Shown: positions 19,779 through 30,626, counted from the first letter of the stretch. The stretch: DNA of 64,000 nucleotides from Thermoplasmatota archaeon (GCA_965234725.1 CBDDUX010000038.1:8257-72256); one strand, 5' to 3'. The notes: generated by a model from the letters alone, not told the origin. Made by a program: numbers and translations.

Positions 19779-20585
19779 TCAGGAACTGCCAGGAGGTCTA
19801 ACATGACCTATCTTCCTTGCTGGCACTCCCGTCCATATCTCATAGGGTCCTATCCTCGTATTCTTTGTCACGATGGAGTATGCTCCTACGATGCACCCCT
19901 TTCCAAGATGAGAACCAGGAAGGATCAGTGAAGATTGACCGATATCAACATCATCCTCTATGACAACCTTCCTGAGGATCAGAACACCTCTCTCACCCAC
20001 GTGCCCCAGGACCATTACATCACCTCCGAAGGTTACATTCCTTCCAACCGTTATGAGGTCCGGGTCATGGAGATAGGTCGTATTGATGATGGTACCCTTT
20101 CCGATCTTCATCCCCATCAATCTGTAGAACATCACTATAAGGACCGTGGTCCTCGTAAGTTCAAGGAATAGATGCCTGTTGAAGAGGATAATGCCGTTGA
20201 CCACCGACCAGTATCCTGCAACGGGAGATATGTAGGGATACTCGCCCTCCCTTTGATGCGAGAATAGACCCAATCCCCACTTCAAGGCAGGTCCGAATAT
20301 CAGAAGTCCGATCCCGAAAATGAGATAAGAAGCTCCGAAGGAAGCCCCAAGGACCATTACATCCAGCAGAGGAAATGGTGTGGACCCCATGTAATTTTCC
20401 AGAGCGAACCGTAACAGATAAATGGGCGCCACAAGTGAAGAGGTGATCAGGACCAAAGCTATAAGGAAAAGTGGTATCCAGGTGAACGAGGTGGCAATAC
20501 GAAATATTAATGGTACCTTCCACCCTCGTTGGTGATATATCTCCTCTCGGGATGGAACGGAATGGTCAATGTACTTTCCTGCCAA
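19779..20585 (-). CDS. Hexapeptide-repeat (left-handed beta-helix) acyltransferase fused to N-terminal membrane domain
   Basis: C-terminal imperfect [LIV]-G-x4 repeats (GRNVTFGGDVMVLGHVGERGVLILRKVVIEDDVDIG...). N-terminal 4 TM helices. Confidence 0.55.
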   Translation of the reverse strand: MAGKYIDHSVPSREEIYHQRGWKVPLIFRIATSFTWIPLFLIALVLITSSLVAPIYLLRFALENYMGSTPFPLLDVMVLGASFGASYLIFGIGLLIFGPALKWGLGLFSHQREGEYPYISPVAGYWSVVNGIILFNRHLFLELTRTTVLIVMFYRLMGMKIGKGTIINTTYLHDPDLITVGRNVTFGGDVMVLGHVGERGVLILRKVVIEDDVDIGQSSLILPGSHLGKGCIVGAYSIVTKNTRIGPYEIWTGVPARKIGHVRPPGSS

Positions 20586-20657
20586 GAGAAAACACCCTGA
20601 TATTGGAACGATACATGTTCAAATTGCTATTAACACTTTTCACCTGGACTAAGATCA

Positions 20658-23600
20658 TCAGTCCGTTACACGGCTGAGACAGGTCGCAGCGATCCTGTAA
20701 GCTTTAAGATATTCCTTCTTTATTACAAGGTTCTGGATGGTCTCGATATCCCTCTTGATCTCTCCAGTAGCTTTTCCCTGTGTATGCCTGATCTTCATTT
20801 CCTGACGTATCTCGGCTATCAGGGAGAATAGTTTGGTCTTGGCTTCCTCTGGATCTAGCTCTATCTCATCCATCGCTATGTCACCTGGAACAGGATCAGG
20901 ATCCATACCACCTGGACCGCTGATCCCAGAAGTTGAAAGCGTGGAGATCTTCTTCACAAGGGATGACATCTCGGATCTAGCCTTTTCAACATCAGCAGCT
21001 TCTATTAGATCCCTGATTCGAGCCATTGATTCCCTAAGGCCTTCAACCGGCACCCCTGCATCGACAAGCTTCTTTATCTTCCCCTCTTGTCCAATAAGAC
21101 CTCCCCTGAGCTCATCCAGCTGTGATTGCAGTTCCACTCTATTTTCTATTCTATCCTTCAAGGTCAGTATCTGTTTATCGACCAGTTCTATAACGGAATC
21201 AACATCACCAGCATCCATAAGGACCTTGGCTTTTGTGTGAGCCGCTTTAAAGGTGGCTACCTTCAAACCAACAGATCTGGCATTCTTGATAAAGGTTCCA
21301 AGTTCCTCAAGAATAATGGATGCCCTGGCCGTTTTAACCTCCTGACTCAGCTTCTCCCTCATACCATAAAGATGCTCCATGGCATCCTTGAACCTACCAT
21401 CATCGGCCATATTATAAGAATGCTGGATCTCCGGTTCAAGATCTCCGAGAGTCAGTCCATATCTTTCAGAATCGCTCCAAAGGTCCCGGATCTCCTTCTC
21501 TATGATAGAGAAGGTCCGTTTGGTCATCCTTTCATCCAATTCCACCTGGGCCCTTGTCATGAGGTCAAGTGATTCTTCAACATCACCTGATCTCATTTTC
21601 TCCCTTGCCATGTCCATTATCCTCTTGGAAGCTTCAGTATCGACTAGGAGTCCTTCGGCTTCTTTCAGGGTGGCCATTGCATTATCGAGCCTGTCCCCGA
21701 TCACAAGAGAGAGCTTCTTCTTCCGGAGCTCCTTTAATAGTGACCTCTCCCTTTCCACACTTGATTTATCCTTCCTTTCGAGATATAGGTCCTTTACCTC
21801 TTCAAGACCTTTCTCGAAGTGGTCAACATCCACTCCCTGTTGCCTCAGGCCTTTCATCTCGTTCATTATCATTATCATTAATTTCTGATACTCGACCCTC
21901 AATTCATCACGTCTCATATAGTTGAGCCTTTCATTGAGTATATCCATCTGAGCGTCGAAGTCCTCCATCTTACCATTGGAAAGTGCTTTGGTCGCCAATT
22001 CCAATGGCTCGTCCAGAGGTGAAACGTCTATGGATAGACCTAAAAGCTCGTTCCGTGTCGAAAGGACCTCGTTCAGGCTTCTCTCGGCCTGTTTCCTGAT
22101 ACTGATGGTCACTATCTTCTTGAAGGTTGTTTCAGCCTTTGTTAGAAGTTCCTGGGCCACTTCCAGATCATTATCCTCAAGGGCCTTCTCTGATTTCTCG
22201 AGTATCACTTCCACAGGCTTGGCGTCCATGGATTGATGGAGGGACTCAAGTTTCTCCTTTAGAACATTGATGCCTTTTTCCAGGGTTTGTGTTCTGCTCT
22301 CTTCAAGATCGGCCAATGTATGCGCCGCATCATCAAGAAGCTTCTCCATCCCCTCAAGTGCGCCTTGAATATCAGATGAGAATCTTGACAGGAGGTGGTC
22401 CTTCTCCCTCACCATCCTGATATGATCTTCTGATGCTTCACCCAGTATGTAGGATATCCTCTGTATCATGGGTTCAACGGACTGGAGTATCATTTCGAAC
22501 TTCCGTTTCTCTGCTATTGCAGCTTCTCCCGTGACCTCTTGATAGAGTTTCCTGAAATTCATGTAAACGGTTACTGTGTCATTTTCCGAACCTTCAGGGA
22601 ACCGTTCTATCTTCTGGCTGAACGCAGTTCTTTTCTCCTCATCCACAACCCTGCTGAGAAGCGACTTCATTTCCTTTGTCTTATCTTTCATTTCCTTCTG
22701 GAGGTCTGAGAAAAGCATCTGATTATCTTTTTCAATGAGTTCAAGGGAGGTCCTCAATTCCTTCAAGGAAGTGATGAGGTGTTCCACATCACCGGAGTTG
22801 ACACCTTTCATTATCGTGGTAATGTTTGGGACCTTACCATCCAATCTCACCTGTTTCCCTATATCAAGGTACTGAGATTCCACAGCCCGGATGTTGGCTA
22901 TCATGTTGTTGATCGCATTTGGAGCAAGGGATACCAGGTACTGTGATAGCCAGTCGTATGATATCTTCCAGTATTGATCCAACATTCCCATATCTTTACG
23001 CTGGAAGGCCTCCTTCATAGCCTTGAGATGGGGTTGAATGCCACTTGTATCTCCTCCGATCATTCTGGCTTCCCGGTCAAGGTCTTCCACCAATCGAACC
23101 TTCTCCAAGGAGGGGTCCGTTACCTCAGCATTATCCTCCTTCAATTCAATATGATCAGGCTTGAGAGAAGGAGCTTGAGGCGCTTCCTCCATCTCATCAG
23201 GTATCTCAACGTCTTCTGTTTTTCCATGTGAACTATCATCTTTTGAGAGGTCCTTCTTCTCAAGGACCTCCACTTCAATATTTGAAGTGGGCTGAGGGAC
23301 CTGATCTTCTTTTCCAATGGATCTTGATCCTTCTTTTTTATCAGGATGAGCACTGTCCTTTTGTTTTTTGGATGTTGATGAGGAGGGAGGTTTGTCATCA
23401 ACCGATCCACTTTCCTGGATGTCTGAACCTTCTGGTTTATTTTGAGTGGGTGCACCATCTGCTGATATCCCAAGCTGGGAGGATACTTTTTCAAGATAGA
23501 CCTCGAATTTCGAAAGGGCCCGAAGAAGTTCCTTTTCAGGAGCTGCTTTGGCCACTTTTTCTATCTTATTCAGGCTATCTCTAAGCTTTCCTATATCCTG

Positions 23601-23681
23601 CCCCTTCTCTTCGATCTGTTTAAGGATACTCCAGCTCTTACTGATCCTTGCCTGAACAGAGCTATCCCCTTTCTGGACCAT
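20658..23681 (-). CDS. Giant coiled-coil protein (1007 aa) with acidic Ser/Lys/Asp-rich low-complexity N-region
   Basis: Heptad-like K/E/L-rich sequence throughout. No Walker motifs, so not SMC/Rad50. Confidence 0.55.
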   Translation of the reverse strand: MVQKGDSSVQARISKSWSILKQIEEKGQDIGKLRDSLNKIEKVAKAAPEKELLRALSKFEVYLEKVSSQLGISADGAPTQNKPEGSDIQESGSVDDKPPSSSTSKKQKDSAHPDKKEGSRSIGKEDQVPQPTSNIEVEVLEKKDLSKDDSSHGKTEDVEIPDEMEEAPQAPSLKPDHIELKEDNAEVTDPSLEKVRLVEDLDREARMIGGDTSGIQPHLKAMKEAFQRKDMGMLDQYWKISYDWLSQYLVSLAPNAINNMIANIRAVESQYLDIGKQVRLDGKVPNITTIMKGVNSGDVEHLITSLKELRTSLELIEKDNQMLFSDLQKEMKDKTKEMKSLLSRVVDEEKRTAFSQKIERFPEGSENDTVTVYMNFRKLYQEVTGEAAIAEKRKFEMILQSVEPMIQRISYILGEASEDHIRMVREKDHLLSRFSSDIQGALEGMEKLLDDAAHTLADLEESRTQTLEKGINVLKEKLESLHQSMDAKPVEVILEKSEKALEDNDLEVAQELLTKAETTFKKIVTISIRKQAERSLNEVLSTRNELLGLSIDVSPLDEPLELATKALSNGKMEDFDAQMDILNERLNYMRRDELRVEYQKLMIMIMNEMKGLRQQGVDVDHFEKGLEEVKDLYLERKDKSSVERERSLLKELRKKKLSLVIGDRLDNAMATLKEAEGLLVDTEASKRIMDMAREKMRSGDVEESLDLMTRAQVELDERMTKRTFSIIEKEIRDLWSDSERYGLTLGDLEPEIQHSYNMADDGRFKDAMEHLYGMREKLSQEVKTARASIILEELGTFIKNARSVGLKVATFKAAHTKAKVLMDAGDVDSVIELVDKQILTLKDRIENRVELQSQLDELRGGLIGQEGKIKKLVDAGVPVEGLRESMARIRDLIEAADVEKARSEMSSLVKKISTLSTSGISGPGGMDPDPVPGDIAMDEIELDPEEAKTKLFSLIAEIRQEMKIRHTQGKATGEIKRDIETIQNLVIKKEYLKAYRIAATCLSRVTD

Positions 23682-23775
23682 TTTCCCAGCACCTCCCGAA
23701 CATCCAAAATGCCGGGTTTATTAAAATGTACGTACGTTAATAAGGTTTCTTATCTAATTCACTAATGCTGAAAAA

Positions 23776-26535
23776 CTACCGGTTGGATGTGTCATCTCCA
23801 GTGATCTTCAGTTCCTCCACATGGGAAACGTTTTCAACCGGACCACCAAGACCTGGACCTGGTAAAGAGGTCAAAGGTGCAGAAACTCCTTTTTCATTAT
23901 AGCCTTCCGGTTTCGGACCTCCGTAGAGTTCCTCGTATGATACCTTGGGAGATGCTTCCTCCTCTTCAAGATCCTTCCCGAACGGGTCCTTTCCCTGCTT
24001 CTTCATCGTTTCGATATGATCCAGGAATTCCCTTTCTCGCTCCTTTTTCTCTTTCCTCTGTTTCTGCACAAGGATGAATCCTGTTATTCCGAAGATGACC
24101 AGTACCAAAATAATGCCAACAATGACCAGTATATTGGTGGGTTTTGCAAAATCACCAAAACTTGATGAGGAACTCCCCGAAGCATTTCCCAGTGGTTCTA
24201 TTGTTGCCACAGATAATGCACCCTCCCCTGCAGTATCAGTAATGATATACCTCTCCGCCAACCCTTTAATCTCTGCATAATCCAGGTGGTGAATGGATAC
24301 ACAGAATATTTCAAAGTCCTCCGGGTCTATCGGATATGATAATCCTCCCTCGGCCATTTCGGAAAAGGGAATATCCCAGACCAGGGTCGCCTTGTTAAGG
24401 ATCCTCCCGGTTGAATTCACATAGATGGAGGGATCACCAATGTAGCTTCTATTGGCTATCATCATATCATTTTCAGGCAATCTATAAGGGATCTCATCCC
24501 AACTTGAGATATTCTTGAAATCAATAAATGGTTCCTGATACCCGCTCTTCATAATATAGAGATGATATTGGAAGGATCCGTCGATCTGTATTGTATCCTT
24601 GATCTCAAGTAGGACCTGGATCGCATTCCCTCTTCTCTGCGTCTTTATCGAGAGGATATCCAGACCTGACTGTGCCACTGTAGAAACCGTAAAAACCCGA
24701 TCCCCGGAACCTTTCAGCTTCCATTCCTCCTGGGTCTTAACAGAATCTGATACTGGATCCCTTATATCCCTGAGAAGTTCTCCGATAGCAATATCTTCAG
24801 GAGCTTCAACAAGGATCGTAATATTCTTTTTGACCGATAGTTTTCCATCACTTACGGTTAGAACAATAGTGGTATTACCGGAATGAGATGTAGCGTAGAC
24901 ATGGGATGCCACCATCCCTTTGGAGGTCTTCCCGTCCCCCCAATCCCATTCATAGGATAGTGGGTCCAGATCAATATCCGTGAACCCGGAAGCTTGTAAG
25001 GTTATTTCTTCGGAAGGGAACAATGTCAGGTTCCCTTTCACAATTTCTATAATTCCAGCCTCCGGCTGATCGTTCACGGGTTCTATCGACAGGGCTATTT
25101 TGACTATCTCGAACCCTCCCCTACCATCACTGAGTGAAACATTGAAGAAATAACTTCCAACATCATCTTGAACAGGACTGAGGACCATTGTACCATTTTG
25201 GAACAGTTCGAAAAATGGCATCAATGCTTGAGATGCATTTGTTGCAAAGGAGAGGCTTTCATACGGATCATCATCATCACCATATATCATCTTGTAGACC
25301 TTGACGGTATCCTCATCGGCATACATGTTGAATATCTCACCATTGTATTCGGAATTTCCTATCTTTGTAATAAATGGTAGATCGTCGACCTCTTTTACGG
25401 ATATTCTGATCGAATCGGAAACGGAACCATCCAGATCCGATGCCTTGAAAGATACGATCTCCTCACCGTACCAATTTTCGGAAGGTATGATCCTTGCATG
25501 GGTGAACTGGACCTTCTTTGTCCCCTTACCAATGCTGAAATTGACGAATTTTACATCTACGTTGACATTCTTTGATGTGATCTGGAACTCTACTTTATCT
25601 CCGCCTTCCTCTATGAAGTGACTTGATAGATTGAGAGGGGGCTGAAGTTCCTCATCCTCATTAATGATTATAGTCTCGGCCCAGGGAGCCGAGATGTTCT
25701 CTATCGGGATGGTAGTTTGGGACCATTCGGTCACGTTCAGAGTATAAGAGGGACTGTTGCTGGACAGGTATTGCGCTCCTCCCTGCAGAGGGAAATAGAT
25801 CCTGAAGAATATCCGTATCTCCTGGCCCCCGTCATTTCTCAGTTCAAATACGTCCCCTTCTCCATAAGTTCCGATCAGGTCCTGTGTTGTGTTAAGGACC
25901 TCGAAGGTGGAAGGATTTGTGGTTATGAGGTAGGCTCTAACGGCTCTGAAGGGTTGTACGTCAAACTGATAATAATCAACCGGATCGTGTATGGGATTGA
26001 GATTGGTTCCCAGGGCCAGTGAACCGGAGATCCCAGCTGAACCGGGCCAGTTGATCCCATCATTCTTACTGTTGACGATATCCTTTTCTCCTCCCATCTG
26101 AAATGTATAGCCAGATGAGCTTCCCACGGGATCTGTTGATATCTCCATGAAATAGTCCCCATCATATGGGACAAAGAACTCGACATCAGACCATCCTCCA
26201 TCGGAGTAAAGTGTTGCGATCGGTCTTCCGTTGGGTTCGTAGAATACACCCTTTACATTTGCACCGGAATCCCTTTTTAATGAGAGTGCCAACCTCTGTG
26301 ACTTTTCATATTTGATATCGTCCCCTTGAAGATCCTTTATCCTGAACACATCTCTAGTATTAACTGGATCAAGATCACCGGCTCTTGCATCGGTATCAAA
26401 GAAAATATCAACAGCTTCATCGAACAGGTACTTGTTCGAATAACCATTTACATCTGGGGCTTGTATCATGAATGGTGTGAATAGGGACAGTACCATTATC
26501 GATGCTATAAAGAATCTATTGTAGGTTGAAAACAT
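23776..26535 (-). CDS. Cell-surface protein with PKD domain, C-terminal TM anchor and cytoplasmic tail
   Basis: Signal peptide starting MFSTYNRFFIASIMVLSL (ATG 26535; track start 26676 is probably over-extended). PKD signature YEWDWGDGKTSKG. C-terminal TM ILVIVGIILVLVIFGITGFILV plus KE-rich tail. Confidence 0.6.
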   Translation of the reverse strand: MFSTYNRFFIASIMVLSLFTPFMIQAPDVNGYSNKYLFDEAVDIFFDTDARAGDLDPVNTRDVFRIKDLQGDDIKYEKSQRLALSLKRDSGANVKGVFYEPNGRPIATLYSDGGWSDVEFFVPYDGDYFMEISTDPVGSSSGYTFQMGGEKDIVNSKNDGINWPGSAGISGSLALGTNLNPIHDPVDYYQFDVQPFRAVRAYLITTNPSTFEVLNTTQDLIGTYGEGDVFELRNDGGQEIRIFFRIYFPLQGGAQYLSSNSPSYTLNVTEWSQTTIPIENISAPWAETIIINEDEELQPPLNLSSHFIEEGGDKVEFQITSKNVNVDVKFVNFSIGKGTKKVQFTHARIIPSENWYGEEIVSFKASDLDGSVSDSIRISVKEVDDLPFITKIGNSEYNGEIFNMYADEDTVKVYKMIYGDDDDPYESLSFATNASQALMPFFELFQNGTMVLSPVQDDVGSYFFNVSLSDGRGGFEIVKIALSIEPVNDQPEAGIIEIVKGNLTLFPSEEITLQASGFTDIDLDPLSYEWDWGDGKTSKGMVASHVYATSHSGNTTIVLTVSDGKLSVKKNITILVEAPEDIAIGELLRDIRDPVSDSVKTQEEWKLKGSGDRVFTVSTVAQSGLDILSIKTQRRGNAIQVLLEIKDTIQIDGSFQYHLYIMKSGYQEPFIDFKNISSWDEIPYRLPENDMMIANRSYIGDPSIYVNSTGRILNKATLVWDIPFSEMAEGGLSYPIDPEDFEIFCVSIHHLDYAEIKGLAERYIITDTAGEGALSVATIEPLGNASGSSSSSFGDFAKPTNILVIVGIILVLVIFGITGFILVQKQRKEKKEREREFLDHIETMKKQGKDPFGKDLEEEEASPKVSYEELYGGPKPEGYNEKGVSAPLTSLPGPGLGGPVENVSHVEELKITGDDTSNR

Positions 26536-26631
26536 CCTATCACCCTGGACGTTCTGTAAAGCCTCCACTGGTATATTGAGGTTACCTGGATGGATATTGG
26601 AATTGGACCCATATCTACCAAGAAAATGTAC

Positions 26632-26663
26632 AAAAAAAAAGCGCCCCCGTTTAACGGGAGCGC
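26632..26663 (-). terminator. Hairpin + U9 intrinsic-like terminator downstream of 26684..28762
   Basis: On - strand GCGCUCCCG-UUAAA-CGGGGGCGC followed by UUUUUUUUU, 20 nt after the stop codon. Confidence 0.45.
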
Positions 26664-26683
26664 TTGGTTGATTCAACCCTCAC

Positions 26684-28762
26684 TCACTGTGGGGGCATTG
26701 GAGGCTCTGGCTGTGGAGGGATCGGAGGCTGCTCGGGAACTTCCGGTGCTACTGGCTCTTCCGGAGCGGGTGGCATGGATTCGTCCACAAGAGGTTCCTC
26801 GACAGGTTCTTCGACAGGTGCCTCGACTGGTGCCTCGGCTGGTGGTTGCTCATAGCTTTCTTCCATAGGCTGCTCATAGCCCTCTTCCACGGGCTGCTCG
26901 TAACCTTCTTCCATGGGCATTTCACCGGTCTCAATACCCATATCCTCCTCACCCATAGGTTCGGATTCCTCAGGTATCTCCTCTTCCTTCTTCTTGCCCT
27001 TCATCACAATAAGGATGATGACCAGAAGGATGACCAAAAGGATCACAACAACGATGATGATTATGACCATTGTATTGTCATCAGTATCTTCGTCTTTCTC
27101 GGCGATGGTCACAGAGAATGTCTGGGTTGCGGTTCCGTCATATGGGTCAACCACTGTTGCAGTAAAGGTGTATGTCCCGGGTTCCAGATCGGTTATTGTG
27201 ATAGGGTTTCCGGTCTTCTCCCAGGTGTCATCTCCGGTCCTGGTCCAGGTAACGGTAAGTGTATCCTGATCGTCTGTCACATTGGCCTCCAAGGTGAAGG
27301 ATTCTCCTTCCTTCACTTCCTCGGTCGGTCCCTCGATGGCATTTATTATTGGAGCTGTGTTGGAAATGGTCACGTTAACATGGAAGTAACCGATCTCAAC
27401 GGTCTCGATCCCGTCTGATACATAAGCGGATACGTTGTAGATCTTGGCAGTGGACCAGTTGTAAAGGAAGTAATCCATGTTCCACCCGGTGACAACGGTT
27501 CCGTCGATCTTCCAGCTGACAGTGAGGTCGTCGCCGTCCACATCCATGAGGTTGTCAACAGAGACGTTCACCTCTTCTCCGGTCTTCTTGTCGATCATCT
27601 CCGCATACCCGGTTCCCCACTCTCCAGTGGGTGCATCGTTGACAGCTTCCACGGTGAAAAGGATCCAGACGTAGGCTTCAAGGTCACCCTGGTCCATAAT
27701 CGAGTAGTTCACTAGGAAATGACCGTTGAGGTTCTCGTCAACAGTGACATTGTACTGGTGCATTCCGGAATCCCACATGACCTCTATTCCATCCATGATA
27801 TCATCGGTGATATCAACGGAGATATTCATGTGATCCGATTCTAAATCGGTGAAGTTTACTGTGAAGTTCACTCCCATCTGGTCTTCCACTAGATCGAGTT
27901 CCACAAGCCAGGAGAAGTTTCCATCCACTCCGGTCACATTGAGCAATTCGGTCACATTGACCCACATCGGCGGGTAGCTCATCTCTTCAAAGATCACCTC
28001 ATGTATAACTGGGGGATCGTTGACCGGTGCCACGTTCAGGTCAAACATCTCATATGCTGAATTACCATTGGTATCGGCTGCAGTCACATTGACCTGGGCC
28101 ATTCCCGTGAAGTTGGCGGGAGGTGTGACTTCCCACCAGGGATATCCATCCGCATCGGTGATGGGTGTGAAGGTCCAATCGTCAGGGAATCCCTCTGGCC
28201 CAACACCGAAGGTTAGGAAGGCATCTGCTTGGTCCATGACTGGGAGGAAGGCTTTGGTGAGATTCCATGCCCACATGGTGTCCTCGGTCAGTGAGGGCAT
28301 TGTAAATCCAGCGTCTAATATTACTGGATGCCAAATTGTAATCATTCCGGTTGCATTGACAGCCAGAGTGTCATTTTCAATCTCTACCATCCAGTCATGA
28401 TCACCCACATAATCAGGTGAGTCTGGGGCAAATTCATATACCCATCCTCCCCTGGTTGCGTTCCAATCATTAACATCAAGGGTCACGGGGTCAAGAGGTC
28501 CAATGGTCAACTCCAGAGTGATATTGGAATTGTTCACTGGCGCTGCCAATCCCTCGATGAACCATTCAAACGTATCCAGGATAGTGTATGCATTTCCATC
28601 GTCAGCAGGCGCAAATGTATCCGTAACAGTGACATTAATGGTTGTTGGAAGAGGCTCATCTGCCTGTACCTGAATACCAAGGAATGCCACCATAATCATA
28701 GCCATCGTAATTGATATGGCCATGGCTCTTTTTCTTAACAAGTTCTCCATACTCATCACCAC
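26684..28762 (-). CDS. Cell-surface protein (Ig/PKD-like repeats) with C-terminal TM and repetitive acidic/Pro-rich cytoplasmic tail
   Basis: Signal peptide (AMAISITMAMIMVAFLGIQVQA), beta-rich repeats, TM IIIIVVVILLVILLVIILIV, tail with EEGYEQP and PVEAPVEEP repeats and PPxP run. Confidence 0.6.
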   Translation of the reverse strand: MVMSMENLLRKRAMAISITMAMIMVAFLGIQVQADEPLPTTINVTVTDTFAPADDGNAYTILDTFEWFIEGLAAPVNNSNITLELTIGPLDPVTLDVNDWNATRGGWVYEFAPDSPDYVGDHDWMVEIENDTLAVNATGMITIWHPVILDAGFTMPSLTEDTMWAWNLTKAFLPVMDQADAFLTFGVGPEGFPDDWTFTPITDADGYPWWEVTPPANFTGMAQVNVTAADTNGNSAYEMFDLNVAPVNDPPVIHEVIFEEMSYPPMWVNVTELLNVTGVDGNFSWLVELDLVEDQMGVNFTVNFTDLESDHMNISVDITDDIMDGIEVMWDSGMHQYNVTVDENLNGHFLVNYSIMDQGDLEAYVWILFTVEAVNDAPTGEWGTGYAEMIDKKTGEEVNVSVDNLMDVDGDDLTVSWKIDGTVVTGWNMDYFLYNWSTAKIYNVSAYVSDGIETVEIGYFHVNVTISNTAPIINAIEGPTEEVKEGESFTLEANVTDDQDTLTVTWTRTGDDTWEKTGNPITITDLEPGTYTFTATVVDPYDGTATQTFSVTIAEKDEDTDDNTMVIIIIVVVILLVILLVIILIVMKGKKKEEEIPEESEPMGEEDMGIETGEMPMEEGYEQPVEEGYEQPMEESYEQPPAEAPVEAPVEEPVEEPLVDESMPPAPEEPVAPEVPEQPPIPPQPEPPMPPQ
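26790..26925. repeat. Short tandem nucleotide repeats within the tail-coding 3' end of 26684..28762
   Basis: Reiterated units ggttc(c/t)tcgacagg / ggtgcctcg(a/g)ctgg and ctcatagc(t/c)ttcttccat(a/g)ggc(t)gct visible on + strand. Confidence 0.5.
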
Positions 28763-29129
28763 CTAGTTTTCACATAGAAACTATGCTGTGTTATCCCAGG
28801 TGAGTCTATGTCCCCTTTGAAGCTCACCCTAGCGATGAAAAACAACTAATCATTATATAAGGATTTCCAGGAATTGTTTACTCATTGTCGAAGTATTTTT
28901 AGAATTCGTTACAACGATGCGTATTTATTGTGATTTCCGAAAATATGGAAAAAAACTGTTTTTTATCAAGGCCAGGTTTTGCATCCAACCAAGTTAAGGA
29001 CCATTGATCCCAACATGAGAAATGAATAAGACAAAAAATTGTTCTTGAAAAAACCTGTAAAAGGAAAAAAAAAATGACATTCAACAGCCTTAAGTTATAA
29101 ACAACAGGGGCACCCATAAATATCAGTAC

Positions 29130-30545
29130 TTGATTCAGCGCCATGCCCCTGATGACATCAAATGTTATTGGGAGGTAATGAAGGGGTCGGGTCCAATGGA
29201 AGACGAGACCATCTGGAAAAGGACGAAATTCGCTGCAGAGATTGGTGAAGAGGATTACAATACAGAGATCACTCTCTGCGGTTGGGTCCAGTATACACGT
29301 AATCTTGGAAAAATGGCCTTCGTCCATCTAAGGGATCGGACAGGGGTCTCCCAATTGACCGCTCTATCCAAGACCATGGACAAGGAGCTTTTCAACCTGA
29401 TAGTTAACGTTCCCAGGGAATCCGCTATAAGTGTTAGAGGTATCGTGAAGCAGTCAACGCAAGCCAAGGCCGGCTGGGAGATCATACCATACAAGGTCAG
29501 GGTGATGGGAGAGGCGATGACCCCACTACCCCTAGGAGTTGTGGACAAGGTTGACGCTGACATGGAGACAAGGTTGGATAACAGGTTCCTCGATCTGAGA
29601 AAACCAGAGGTCCAGGCCATCTTCATGATCAGATCGACATTGTTGAATGCTGTCAGGGAGGTCTTCCTAGAAGAAGGTTTCATAGAGATACATACTCCCA
29701 AGATAGTCGCTACCGCAACTGAAGGAGGGACAGCTCTCTTTGAGATGAAATATTTCAATAGGAAGGCATATCTGAACCAGTCCCCCCAATTGTTCAAACA
29801 GACCATGATGGCAACCGGACTTGACCGGGTCTTCGAGATAGGACCGGCATTTAGAGCCGAAGAGCACGATACCGTAAGGCATCTCAACGAGTACACCTCA
29901 ATAGACTGTGAGATGGCATGGGGGACCTTTGATGACTCATTGGAGATACTCGAAAAGGTCATTCAGAGGGTCTATTCCAATGTTCTGAACAACAACTACA
30001 TGGGCCTGGAAATGCTTGGACAGACCCTTGTATCACCAGAGAGACCGTTTCCCAGGTTGGATTATAAATGTATCATAGACAAACTCTCGGCAAGAGGACT
30101 TGAGATCCATGATGAAAAATCAGGGAAGAAGAGGGTGATCGAATGGGGAGATGACATCCCCATGGAGGGATTCAAAGAGATAGCCAAAGATAGGCCTTCC
30201 CTCTATTTCGTTATGAACTGGCCCATGAAATTGAAACCCTTCTACATTCAGCCCAATCCAGATGATCCGGAGATTTCCATGGGTTTCGACCTGAATTTCG
30301 GTGAGAAGGAGCTGGTCTCCGGAGGACAGAGGGTCCACGATCCTGAACAATTGAAGAAATTGATCAGGGAGAGAAAACTTGACCCTGCGAATTTCGATTT
30401 TTACCTCAAATCCTTTGATTACGGAATGCCTCCTCATTCCGGTTGGGGTCTTGGAGCAGAAAGGCTCACAATGATCATAACCGGACGGACCAACGTTAGG
30501 GAAACGGTGCTTTTCCCCAGGGACAAGAACAGACTCATCCCATGA
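29130..30545 (+). CDS. aspS: Aspartyl-tRNA synthetase, archaeal type
   Basis: Class II motifs FRAEEHDTVRHLNEYTSIDCEMAW and GGQRVHD. OB anticodon-binding N-domain. Likely true start at internal MEDETIWKR (about 29196). Confidence 0.85.
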   Translation: MIQRHAPDDIKCYWEVMKGSGPMEDETIWKRTKFAAEIGEEDYNTEITLCGWVQYTRNLGKMAFVHLRDRTGVSQLTALSKTMDKELFNLIVNVPRESAISVRGIVKQSTQAKAGWEIIPYKVRVMGEAMTPLPLGVVDKVDADMETRLDNRFLDLRKPEVQAIFMIRSTLLNAVREVFLEEGFIEIHTPKIVATATEGGTALFEMKYFNRKAYLNQSPQLFKQTMMATGLDRVFEIGPAFRAEEHDTVRHLNEYTSIDCEMAWGTFDDSLEILEKVIQRVYSNVLNNNYMGLEMLGQTLVSPERPFPRLDYKCIIDKLSARGLEIHDEKSGKKRVIEWGDDIPMEGFKEIAKDRPSLYFVMNWPMKLKPFYIQPNPDDPEISMGFDLNFGEKELVSGGQRVHDPEQLKKLIRERKLDPANFDFYLKSFDYGMPPHSGWGLGAERLTMIITGRTNVRETVLFPRDKNRLIP

Positions 30546-30626
30546 ACTCGGATCTTTGCAAACTGCAAAATCTAGATATATCCAGATAATCGATGGATGT
30601 AGGCCTTGTTCAGGTAGGGGAAGAAG

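Noticed and set aside
20833-22236. Several Ser-rich plus-strand ORFs (135-148 aa)
   Set aside because: All antisense to the 1007-aa coiled-coil gene. K/E-rich sense codons give S/L/F-rich antisense frames.
26846-27418. 190-aa plus-strand ORF rich in His/Leu/Phe
   Set aside because: Antisense to the repeat-containing tail-coding region of the 692-aa surface protein. Low-complexity shadow of the acidic repeats.
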